Shown here one piece after another: positions 12,075 to 20,645 of a stretch of DNA of 64,000 nt. The stretch covers positions 67,347 through 131,346 of the forward strand of contig JAXLXO010000007.1 in the NCBI GenBank assembly GCA_046327915.1, in the 5' to 3' direction. Position 1 is the first letter of the stretch. Every line of letters starts with the position of its first letter. Below the pieces are notes generated by a model, which saw nothing but the letters and a program-made list of their open reading frames with translations, searched no databases and had not been told where the DNA came from. This DNA is from Candidatus Binatia bacterium. GTDB taxonomy: Bacteria > Desulfobacterota > Binatia > UBA12015. The position numbers and the translations under genes are program-made.

Positions 12075-13904
12075 GTGGCACGCATCGTGGGAATCGACCT
12101 GGGGACCACCAACAGCCTCGTCGCGGTCATGCGCGACGACCGGCCGGAGATCCTGCCGGATCCGCACAGCGGCTCGCCGCTGCTGCCGTCGGCAGTGTCG
12201 CTGCTTGCGGACGGAAGCTTCCTGGTCGGCGAGTCCGCGCGGCGGCGCGCGGCGCTGCATCCGCACGCGTCGATCCTGTCCGTCAAGCGCTTCATGGGCG
12301 TCGGCGTCGAGCACGTCGACGACACCGACCGCCGCGAGCACGAGTTCGATCATTCGACTGGCGCGCTCGGCATCGTGCTGCGGGATGCGGGCGGCGCGGC
12401 GCAGAAGCTCTCGCCGCCGGAGGTGTCGTCGCTGATCCTGCGCGAGCTGAAGCGTCGCGCCGAGAGCGCGCTCGGCGAGGAGGTCACGCGCGCGGTCATC
12501 ACCGTGCCGGCGTACTTCAACGACAGCCAGCGCCAGGCCACGCGCGATGCGGGACGCCTCGCCGGACTCGACGTGCTGCGGCTCGTGAACGAGCCGACCG
12601 CCGCCGCCCTCGCCTACGGCCTCGACAAGCAGGAGGAAGCGCTGGTCGCGGTCTTCGACCTCGGCGGCGGGACCTTCGACGTGTCGATCCTGCAGCTGCG
12701 CGAAGGACTCTCCGAGGTTCTCTCGACCGGCGGCGACACGCGCCTCGGCGGTGACGACTTCGACCGCCGCCTGATGACGCTGCTGCAGCAGGAAGTCGGC
12801 GGCGACGCGGCCGACTGGTCCGCCGAGGACCTCGCGATCCTGCGCGACGCCGCCGAACGCGCGAAGCGCGAGCTGTCCGGCGCGGACGCCACCACCGTCG
12901 AGCTTCCGCTCGCGGGCGGCACCCGTGTCGTCCGCATCACACGCGACGCGTTCGAGGCCGCGAGCGCCGACCTGGTCGAGCGCACCCTCGCCCGCTGCCG
13001 CCAGGCGCTCAAGGACGCGGGCAAGCAGCCGCGCGACGTCGATCACGTGATCCTCGTCGGCGGCGCGACGCGGATCCCCGCCGTACGCCGCGCGGTCGAG
13101 AGCTTCTTCGGCAAGGCGCCGCACGCCGACATCGACCCGGACGCGGTCGTGGCGCTCGGCGCCGCGGTGCAGGCAGGCATCCTGTCCGGGGGCGCGACCG
13201 ACATGCTGCTGCTCGACGTCGTCCCGCTGTCGCTCGGCATCGAGACCATGGGCGGAGTGTTCACGCGGCTCATCGACCGCAACACGACGATCCCGGCGGC
13301 GGCGCGCGAGCAGTTCACGACCGCGGTCGACGATCAGACGCACGTCGAGGTGCACGTCCTGCAGGGTGAGCGCGAGCTGGCGAAGGACTGCCGGAGCCTC
13401 GCGCGCTTCCGCATCCCGATCGAGCCCGCGACCGCGGGACTGCCGCGCGTCGAGGTCACGTTCCTGATCGACGCGAACGGCATTCTCTCGGTGTCGGCGC
13501 GCGACGTGCGCACCAACCGCGAGCACTCCATCGAGGTGAAGCCGAGCTACGGGCTCACCGAGGAGCAGATGGAGAACATGCTCGAGGAGGCGTTCGACCT
13601 CGCCGAGGAGGACTTCGCCCAGCGCCAGCTGCTCGAGGCGCGGGTCGAGGCCGAGTCGATCCTGCACGCGACGCAGAAGGCCGAGAAGCTGCACGAGCAG
13701 CACCTCGACGCCTCCGAGCGCGCGGTCATCGACCGCGCCGCGGCGGAGCTGCGCGAGGCGTGCTCCGGCACGGATCACAACCGCATCCGCGACCTCGTCG
13801 AGGCGCTCAACGAGGCGAGCCGTCCGTTCGCGCAGCGGATCATGGACGCCTCGATCAAGGTCGCGCTCGAGAGCCGGAGCGCCTACGAGATCGCCGGATC
13901 ATGA
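12075..13904 (+). CDS. hscA: Fe-S protein assembly chaperone HscA (Hsp70 family).
   Basis: [27 protein letters not shown] and [11 protein letters not shown] are Hsp70 signatures. 609 aa. Operon position fits HscA rather than DnaK. Confidence 0.93.
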   Translation: MARIVGIDLGTTNSLVAVMRDDRPEILPDPHSGSPLLPSAVSLLADGSFLVGESARRRAALHPHASILSVKRFMGVGVEHVDDTDRREHEFDHSTGALGIVLRDAGGAAQKLSPPEVSSLILRELKRRAESALGEEVTRAVITVPAYFNDSQRQATRDAGRLAGLDVLRLVNEPTAAALAYGLDKQEEALVAVFDLGGGTFDVSILQLREGLSEVLSTGGDTRLGGDDFDRRLMTLLQQEVGGDAADWSAEDLAILRDAAERAKRELSGADATTVELPLAGGTRVVRITRDAFEAASADLVERTLARCRQALKDAGKQPRDVDHVILVGGATRIPAVRRAVESFFGKAPHADIDPDAVVALGAAVQAGILSGGATDMLLLDVVPLSLGIETMGGVFTRLIDRNTTIPAAAREQFTTAVDDQTHVEVHVLQGERELAKDCRSLARFRIPIEPATAGLPRVEVTFLIDANGILSVSARDVRTNREHSIEVKPSYGLTEEQMENMLEEAFDLAEEDFAQRQLLEARVEAESILHATQKAEKLHEQHLDASERAVIDRAAAELREACSGTDHNRIRDLVEALNEASRPFAQRIMDASIKVALESRSAYEIAGS

Positions 13905-14224
13905 AGCACAAGGTCACCTTCCTGCCGATGAACGTCACCGTCGAGGTGGACGACACGGACTTTCCGTACGGCGACCACGGCCTGCCGGGGTCGATCCTCG
14001 ACATCGCCCTCAAGAACAATATTCGACTCGACCACAACTGCGGTGGCAACTGCGCCTGCACGACCTGCCACGTGATCGTGCGCGCCGGTGCCGAGAACCT
14101 CTCCGAGATGGACGAGTGCGAGGAGGACAAGCTGGACCAGGCGCCAGGCTTGACGCCGTACTCGCGGCTCGGTTGCCAGTCGGTCGTCACGGGCGACGTG
14201 ACCGTCGAGATTCCCGATGTGTGA
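13901..14224 (+). CDS. fdx: [2Fe-2S] ferredoxin Fdx of the ISC system.
   Basis: [12 protein letters not shown] ... LGCQ gives the four Cys of the adrenodoxin-type fold. The ATG overlaps the hscA stop (ATGA). Confidence 0.88.
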   Translation: MKHKVTFLPMNVTVEVDDTDFPYGDHGLPGSILDIALKNNIRLDHNCGGNCACTTCHVIVRAGAENLSEMDECEEDKLDQAPGLTPYSRLGCQSVVTGDVTVEIPDV

Positions 14225-14302
14225 ACGGACGATCGAGCGCCCGCACGGCCACGCCGCGACGAGCGCTGAAGAGATGATCGCTCAGGACAAGGAGCAGGGC
14301 CC

Positions 14303-14809
14303 ATGGCATTGATGCAGGTGAGCCGGCGGGTCGACTACGCACTTCGTGCCGCGATCAATCTCGCGCGCCAGAACCCCGGGCGCGCATCCTCGGTCGGCGA
14401 GATCTCGCATCAGGAAGCGATTCCGAAGAAGTTCCTCGAGAAGATCATCCAGGACCTGATCCACGCCGGAATCGTGGTGTCGCGGCGCGGCGCGCACGGC
14501 GGCTACACGCTCGCGCGCGACCCCGGCGACATCTCGTTCCGCGACGTCATGGAGGCGGTGGAGGGTCCGATCGCACTCAACGTGTGCGTGGGCGATCGCA
14601 CGCTCTGCTCGGTCAGCGTGACCTGCGGCATGCAGCACGTGTGGGCGGAAGGCCAGCGGCGCCTGATCGATCTGTTCGCGGCGACGAAGCTGTCCGCTCT
14701 GGCGGGTCAGGCGCCGCTCGGCGAAGGCCTCGCCCTCGCCGCGGCACGGCCGACACAGCAGATGCGGGCCGAGGCCGATTCGGCGCCTCGCACGGATTCC
14801 GTCGAATAG
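14303..14809 (+). CDS. Rrf2-family transcriptional regulator (IscR-like), encoded at the 3' end of the isc operon.
   Basis: N-terminal wHTH RVDYALRAAINLA...SSVGEISHQEAIPKKFLEKIIQDL. Three Cys (CVGDRTLCSVSVTC) fit an Fe-S cluster-ligating Rrf2 protein. AGGAG lies 9 nt upstream. Confidence 0.8.
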   Translation: MALMQVSRRVDYALRAAINLARQNPGRASSVGEISHQEAIPKKFLEKIIQDLIHAGIVVSRRGAHGGYTLARDPGDISFRDVMEAVEGPIALNVCVGDRTLCSVSVTCGMQHVWAEGQRRLIDLFAATKLSALAGQAPLGEGLALAAARPTQQMRAEADSAPRTDSVE

Positions 14810-14837
14810 CGCTCGAAGGCCCCCGTCCAACGGGGGC

Positions 14838-15260
14838 ATGGAATACTCCCTCCTCACGCGAGACGATCGTGGCACCGAGTTCCTCGAACCGGATGTCATG
14901 ACCCCGGACCAGTTCTTCGGACTGCTGCGGCAGCGCTCCTGGCAGGACGGTGAGCGGCGGCTGATGGCGGCCGTGCTCCAGGACGGCATCGAGAACTTCC
15001 AGAAGTACGCCTTCGCGACGGACCCCCTGGGAAGAGAAATCTTCGACGTCGAGAAGAGCTGGGTCGTCGCACGCAGCGATCACTCGCTGTTCGCATTCAA
15101 CACGGTGTGCGAGGTGCTCGACATCGACCCCGACTGCCTGCGCGCCGGCCTGCTGCGCTGGCTCGAGCAGCGCAGGCACGATCCCGTTCGGCTCCAGGCA
15201 CGCCACCTCGACGACCCGCGCCGCCGCGTCGAGCGCGTTGCGATGGCCGCGGTCGGCTGA
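14838..15260 (+). CDS. Hypothetical protein.
   Basis: 140-aa ORF in high GC3 with no recognisable motif. Confidence 0.4.
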   Translation: MEYSLLTRDDRGTEFLEPDVMTPDQFFGLLRQRSWQDGERRLMAAVLQDGIENFQKYAFATDPLGREIFDVEKSWVVARSDHSLFAFNTVCEVLDIDPDCLRAGLLRWLEQRRHDPVRLQARHLDDPRRRVERVAMAAVG

Positions 15261-15340
15261 GCGTCCGACCGGGCTGACGGCACGCGCGGCGACTACCGCG
15301 CGTGCCCGGAACCGGTAGACTGGGCTCCCGGGAGTCCACG

Positions 15341-15658
15341 ATGCCGGTCCACAACTACCCTCCCTGCCCCGGTTGCGGCGAGAAGCTGATCCGCAAGCCC
15401 GCGGGCCGGTGTCCGCACTGCGGCGCCGAGGTCGCGCAGTTCGTCGCCGACGAGCGCGACCGCGAGACGCGCATCGAGCAGGTGGTCGCGGTGATCTCGA
15501 CGATCCTCGTCGTGACCGTGATGGTGCTCGGGGGCGGGCTCGGACTCTTCGAGGGCGTGCTGATGTACGCCGCCGCCGGAGCCTTCGTCTGGTATCTCGC
15601 GAAGGGCACCTTCTGGAGCCGGCGCTCCGACCAGACCGGCGGACAGCCCGGCGAGTGA
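15341..15658 (+). CDS. Hypothetical zinc-ribbon plus two-TM small protein.
   Basis: CPGCGEK...CPHCG zinc-ribbon followed by two hydrophobic helices. The ATG at 15341 is preferred over the GTG at 15302. Confidence 0.45.
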   Translation: MPVHNYPPCPGCGEKLIRKPAGRCPHCGAEVAQFVADERDRETRIEQVVAVISTILVVTVMVLGGGLGLFEGVLMYAAAGAFVWYLAKGTFWSRRSDQTGGQPGE

Positions 15659-15662
15659 TCCC

Positions 15663-16577
15663 CTACTCGCGCTCGTAGCGCGCGCCGAGCGCACGCGGCG
15701 CGCTCGCCCGTCCCGACGACAGCAGCAGCACCACCAGCGTCAGGACGTACGGCAGCATCAGGAAGAGCTGGTAGGGGATCGTCAGTGCCGCCGCCTGGAA
15801 CTGGAACTGCAGCGCGCTCGCGAGACCGAAGAGCAGCGCACCGCCGAGAACGCCCCAGGCGGACCAGCGTCCGAACACGACGACCGCGAGCGCGATGAAG
15901 CCCCGTCCCGCGGTGATGCCCTCGACGAAGGTGTTGGTCGCGGCGAGCGTCAGCGCGGCGCCGCCGAGTCCCGCGAGCGCGCCGCCGACGGCGAGCGCCA
16001 GAGTGCGGTCGCGCCGCACGGGCAGCCCGAGGCTCGCCGCCGCCTGCGGGTGATCGCCGAGCGCACGCAGCCGCAGACCGAGTCCGGTACGCGTCAGGAC
16101 GAACGCCAGGATCGGCGTCAAGCACAGTCCCAGGTAGACCAGCGCGTTCTGGCCGAACAGCGCCTGGCCGAGGACCGGCAGGTGGCGCAGGACCGGCACG
16201 TCGATGGCCGGCAGCGTCGGCAGCACGAGCGCGGTGCCGGTCGCGCCGAGGACGGCGCGGTAGAGCGCCCCGGTGACGCCCAGCGCGATCAGGTTCAGCG
16301 CCGCACCCGCGATGATCTGATCCGCGCCGAGACGGACCGTCGCGAACGCGAACAGCAGCGCGAGCGCCGTGCCGGTCGCAGCCGCGGCGACGACGCCGAC
16401 GGCGGCACCGCCCGACGCCCACGCACCGAGCGCGGCGGCGAACGCACCACCGAGCATCACGCCCTCGACGCCGATGTTGAGGACGCCGCTGCGCTCGACC
16501 AGCAGCTCGCCGAGCGCCGCGAGCAGGATCGGCGTCCCGAGCACGAAGCCGGTCGCGAGGAAGCTCTCGAGCAGCAT
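15663..16577 (-). CDS. ABC transporter permease, BMP/CUT2-type (YufQ/NupC-like).
   Basis: Polytopic. GVLNIGVEG and LGxRLRAxG motifs of the branched-chain-AA/ribose-type permease superfamily. Its start overlaps the stop of the upstream permease. Confidence 0.85.
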   Translation of the reverse strand: MLLESFLATGFVLGTPILLAALGELLVERSGVLNIGVEGVMLGGAFAAALGAWASGGAAVGVVAAAATGTALALLFAFATVRLGADQIIAGAALNLIALGVTGALYRAVLGATGTALVLPTLPAIDVPVLRHLPVLGQALFGQNALVYLGLCLTPILAFVLTRTGLGLRLRALGDHPQAAASLGLPVRRDRTLALAVGGALAGLGGAALTLAATNTFVEGITAGRGFIALAVVVFGRWSAWGVLGGALLFGLASALQFQFQAAALTIPYQLFLMLPYVLTLVVLLLSSGRASAPRALGARYERE

Positions 16578-17611
16578 CACCCCTCCTCGCCGTCCGCCGT
16601 CTCGAGCCGCGCGAAGCGCCGCAGCAGCGACACGTTGAGCATCGCGATCGCGAGCAGCGTGGCGCCCTGCACCGCGAGCACCAGCACCGACGACACGCCC
16701 GCGCTGCGCTCCATCGCGCTCGCGCCCGCGGACAGCGCCGCGAAGAACAGCGCCGCCGCGATCACGCCGCCGCTGCGCAGCCCGCCGAGCAGCGCGATCG
16801 CGATCGCGGTGTAGCCGTAGCCGGGCGAGATGCGCTCGTAGAGACGACCCGTCACCCCCGCGACCTCCACCGCGCCGGCGAGGCCGGCGATCGCGCCCGA
16901 GAGCGCGAACGCGACCGTCAAGTCGCGCAGCACCGGAAACCCGGCGAGCCGCGCGGCCGGCGCATTCGATCCCGCGGCGCGCAGCCGGAGGCCGAGCGCC
17001 GTGCGCGACAGCAGCACGCCGACCAGCAGCGCCACGCCGAACGCGAGCGCGACCCCGACGTGCAGGCGCGACCCCGCGATCGGACGCCAGAGCATGGCCC
17101 CGTCGCGCAGCAGATCCGATTGCGGATACTGCCCCGCCGCCTCCTGCAGCGGACCGTCGACGGCGTACGAGACCAGGTAGAGCGCGACGAAGTTCAGCAG
17201 GATCGTCGTGATGACCTCGTTCACCTCGCGGCCGATGCGGAAGCCGGCCGCGATCGCCGCCCATCCCGCCCCGGCGGCGGCACCCGCCGCGAGCACGAGG
17301 AGCCAGCGCCCGGTCTCGGGCCCGGGTGCTGTGCCGACCACCGTCGCCGCCAGCGCGCCGACCAGGAACTGTCCCTCGGCACCGATGTTGAAGACCCCGC
17401 TCCGGAACGCGAGCATCACCGCCGCTCCGGTGAGCAGCAGCGGCGTCGCGCGCAGCAGCGTGGCCGCGACGTTCGCCGTCGAACCGACGCTGCCCACGAC
17501 CAGCGCACGGATCGCGTCGCCCGCGTCCGCGCCGCCGACGCGAGCCACGGCCGCGGCCAGCACGACGGTCACGCCGAGCGCGACCAGCACGGGTGCGAGC
17601 AGGCGCACCAC
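16577..17611 (-). CDS. ABC transporter permease, second permease of the same system.
   Basis: GVFNIGAEGQFL...RTALGLRLRAAGSNAPAA. The start is assigned to a GTG 21 nt after the ATPase stop, so the exact start is uncertain. Confidence 0.75.
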   Translation of the reverse strand: MVRLLAPVLVALGVTVVLAAAVARVGGADAGDAIRALVVGSVGSTANVAATLLRATPLLLTGAAVMLAFRSGVFNIGAEGQFLVGALAATVVGTAPGPETGRWLLVLAAGAAAGAGWAAIAAGFRIGREVNEVITTILLNFVALYLVSYAVDGPLQEAAGQYPQSDLLRDGAMLWRPIAGSRLHVGVALAFGVALLVGVLLSRTALGLRLRAAGSNAPAARLAGFPVLRDLTVAFALSGAIAGLAGAVEVAGVTGRLYERISPGYGYTAIAIALLGGLRSGGVIAAALFFAALSAGASAMERSAGVSSVLVLAVQGATLLAIAMLNVSLLRRFARLETADGEEG

Positions 17612-17631
17612 GGCGGCGGTCCATCGGTTCT

Positions 17632-19167
17632 TCAGGCGGCCGCTCCCAGCCCGGCCATGAGCCGTCCGATCTCGAGCCGGCTCGCCGACGCCGGCAACGG
17701 CCCCAGCAGCCGGCCACGGTAGAGCACGTGGACGTCGCCGCCGAGGGCCGCGACCTCGTCGAGATCGGTCGAGAGCACGAGGATCGCGACACCCGACGCG
17801 GCGAGCGCGCGGAGCCGTCCGTGCACCGCCGCAGTCGCCGCGAGGTCGAGCCCGCGCGTAGGGTTCGCCGCGATCACCGCGCGCAGCCGAGCGCGGCCGA
17901 GCTCGCGGGCGAGCACGACGCGTTGCTGGTTGCCGCCCGAGAGCGACGCGACCGGTAACGTCGGATCGGGCGGCCGAACGCCGAACGCACGCAGCCGCTC
18001 GTCGGCCCGCGCGATCTCCGCGTCGCGCGCGATCCAGCCTCGCGGTGCCGTGGCGCGCAGCTCGTCGCACGCGAGCACCAGATTCTCCCACAGCTCGAGC
18101 GGACCGACGATGCCGTCGCGCTGCCGGTCCGGCGGCACGACCGCGAGCCCCGCGTCGCGCGCGTCGGCCGGGGTCCGGACGACCCGACCGTCGATCGCGA
18201 CGCTGCCGCGGAGGCCGCGCAGCGTGCTCGGCGCGACGCCCGCGACGACCTCGACGAGCTCCGTCTGCCCGTTGCCCTCCACCCCGGCGATCACGACGAC
18301 CTGTCCCGCGCCGACGCGCAGCGTGACGTCGTCGAGCACGCGCACGCCGCGCACGTCGTCGGCCGAGACGCCCTGCACCACCACGACCGGCTCGCGGAGA
18401 CCCGCGTCCTCGATCGATGCCGGAGCGCGCGCGGCGGCGTCGGCCGGCGGCGCATCGACCATCAGAGCCGCGAGCGACGCCTCGTCGAACTCGCTCGCGG
18501 CACCACCCCCCACCACGCGCCCCTGCCGCAGCACGGTGACGTGATCCGCCAGCGACAGCGCCTCGGCGAGCTTGTGCGTCACGATCACGATCGCGGTGCC
18601 GGCGGCGGCGAGGTCGCGCAGCAGCGCGAACAGGTCGTGCACCTCGTCCGGCGTGAGCACGGCGGTCGGCTCGTCGAGGATCAGCACGCGCGTCGGTCCG
18701 ACCAGCGCCTTCAGGATCTCGACCCGCTGCTGCTCGCCGACCGACAGCTCGCCGACGACGCGACCGGGGTCGCCGATCGCGAGACGCCGTTCGGATGCGA
18801 GCCGCGCGACGTCGGCTGCGAGGCGCACCGGGCGAAAGATGCCCCGGTCGCCGCGCGCCAGCGCCACGTTCTCCGCGATGGTCATGGTCGGCACGAGCAT
18901 GAAGTGCTGGTGCACCATGGCGATGCCGGCCCGTCGCGCCTCCTCCGGCGAGCGCCACGCCACCGGCGTTCCGCCGAGGCGCATCTCGCCCGCGTCGGGC
19001 ACGTACAGTCCCGACACGACCTGCATGAGCGTCGACTTGCCGGCGCCGTTCTCGCCGAGCAGCGCGTGTACCCGGCCGCGCTCGCAGCGGAAGTCGACGC
19101 CGGCCAGAGCCTGCACCGAGCCGAAGCGCTTGCGGATGCCGGTCAGCTCGAGGACCGTCTCGCTCAC
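17632..19167 (-). CDS. ABC transporter ATP-binding protein with two fused ABC domains (RbsA/MglA-like).
   Basis: Two Walker A sites (GENGAGKST, GVEGNGQTE) and two signature motifs (LSVGEQQR, LSGGNQQR). 511 aa. Confidence 0.92.
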   Translation of the reverse strand: MSETVLELTGIRKRFGSVQALAGVDFRCERGRVHALLGENGAGKSTLMQVVSGLYVPDAGEMRLGGTPVAWRSPEEARRAGIAMVHQHFMLVPTMTIAENVALARGDRGIFRPVRLAADVARLASERRLAIGDPGRVVGELSVGEQQRVEILKALVGPTRVLILDEPTAVLTPDEVHDLFALLRDLAAAGTAIVIVTHKLAEALSLADHVTVLRQGRVVGGGAASEFDEASLAALMVDAPPADAAARAPASIEDAGLREPVVVVQGVSADDVRGVRVLDDVTLRVGAGQVVVIAGVEGNGQTELVEVVAGVAPSTLRGLRGSVAIDGRVVRTPADARDAGLAVVPPDRQRDGIVGPLELWENLVLACDELRATAPRGWIARDAEIARADERLRAFGVRPPDPTLPVASLSGGNQQRVVLARELGRARLRAVIAANPTRGLDLAATAAVHGRLRALAASGVAILVLSTDLDEVAALGGDVHVLYRGRLLGPLPASASRLEIGRLMAGLGAAA

Positions 19168-20495
19168 GCAGGCGCCCCGCGGTCGGGAGCGGGATAGCGC
19201 TCGCGAAGCCAGGCGCGCGCCGCGTCGGCCGTCGTGATGTCGCCCTCGAGCTGGGCGTCGAACGCGCGCTCGAGGATCTCGCGGAACCGCGGTCCCGGAC
19301 GGTGGCCGAGCTCGATGAGGTCCTTGCCGCGCAGCAGCGGCTCGGGGAGCGGCTCCTCGTCGAGCAGCTCGGCGCGCTTGACGACGCAGAAGTCGTACGC
19401 GGACAGGTCACCGGACGCGGACAGAGTGTCGATGCGCGTCAGCTCGAGCAGCTGCTCGATGTGCTCCAGTCCGAGGAAGCGCTTGAGCTTCGCGAGCCGC
19501 ATCTGCGGGGCCTGCACGTGGTGCAGGTGGTGCCCGACCAGCCACGCGACGCGCTCCGCCGTCTCCCGGCTGCGTCGCAGCCGCAGACAGATCTCCTCCG
19601 CGATCGCAGCACCGCGCTCGCAGTGGCCGTGGAAGGTGATGCGGCCGTCCGGACGCCGCTCCGCGCAGGCCGGCTTCGCGACGTCGTGCAGCAGCACCGC
19701 GAGCCCCATCACCTCGTCGTGCCGTCCGGCCTCCAGCTTCTCGAGGCACAGCATCGTGTGCGTGAGGACGTCGCCCTCCGGATGGTGGTCCGGCGACTGC
19801 TGGACACCGTGCAACGCCGCGACCTCGGGCAGCAGGACGTCCAGCAGGCCGCAGTCGGCGAGCAGCTCGAAGCCGCGCCGCGCACGCCCCTCGGTGAGGA
19901 TCTTGACGATCTCGTCGCCGATCCGCTCCCAGGCGATCCCGGTGATGCTCGGCGCGAGCCTGGCGATCGCGGTAAAGGTCGCCGGCTCGATGCCCCAGCC
20001 GAAGCGCGCCGCGAAGCGCACCGCGCGCAGCAGCCGCAGACGGTCCTCGTCGAAGCGCGCGTACGGATCGCCGATCGCGCGGATCACGCCGGCCGCGAGG
20101 TCGTCGCGGCCGCCGACGTAGTCGATGACCTCGCCGCTCTCCGGGTCGAGGAACATGCCGTTGATCGTGAAGTCGCGGCGCTCGGCGTCGTGCCGCGCGT
20201 CGGAGAACTCGACCGACACCGGGTGCCGGTGGTCGACGTAGGCGCCGTCGCGGCGGAAGGTCGCGACCTGGAACGGGTCGCCGTCCTGCAGGACGAGCAC
20301 CACACCGAACTGCACCCCGACCGGGACCGTGCGCGGGAACAGCTGCTGCACGACGCTCGCCGGGGCGGACGTCGCGATGTCGTAATCGTCGGGGTCGATG
20401 CCGAGCAGCTCGTCGCGAACGCACCCGCCCGCGAACAGCGCCTGGTGACCGGCCCGGCGCAGCCGGCGCACGACGTCCACGGCGCGCTCGCGCAT
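19164..20495 (-). CDS. cca: CCA tRNA nucleotidyltransferase or poly(A) polymerase family protein (class II NT with HD domain).
   Basis: FAGGCVRDELLG...DYDIAT head domain, RDFTINGM motif, and an HD-type C-terminal region (LLHDVAKP). The stop overlaps the ABC ATPase start by 4 nt. Confidence 0.85.
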   Translation of the reverse strand: MRERAVDVVRRLRRAGHQALFAGGCVRDELLGIDPDDYDIATSAPASVVQQLFPRTVPVGVQFGVVLVLQDGDPFQVATFRRDGAYVDHRHPVSVEFSDARHDAERRDFTINGMFLDPESGEVIDYVGGRDDLAAGVIRAIGDPYARFDEDRLRLLRAVRFAARFGWGIEPATFTAIARLAPSITGIAWERIGDEIVKILTEGRARRGFELLADCGLLDVLLPEVAALHGVQQSPDHHPEGDVLTHTMLCLEKLEAGRHDEVMGLAVLLHDVAKPACAERRPDGRITFHGHCERGAAIAEEICLRLRRSRETAERVAWLVGHHLHHVQAPQMRLAKLKRFLGLEHIEQLLELTRIDTLSASGDLSAYDFCVVKRAELLDEEPLPEPLLRGKDLIELGHRPGPRFREILERAFDAQLEGDITTADAARAWLRERYPAPDRGAPA

Positions 20496-20645
20496 CCGGG
20501 ACGCGGCGCCGCGGGATGGGCTGCCCTCGGCCGGCGACGCGTCTCGCTGCACGCGCGGATCGTCGCACGCAGGTCCGGGGGACGCAATTTTCCGGGCTCC
20601 TGCGCTCGCCGCGGGGGCTCGCTCGAGCCTGCGTCCGGCGATACG

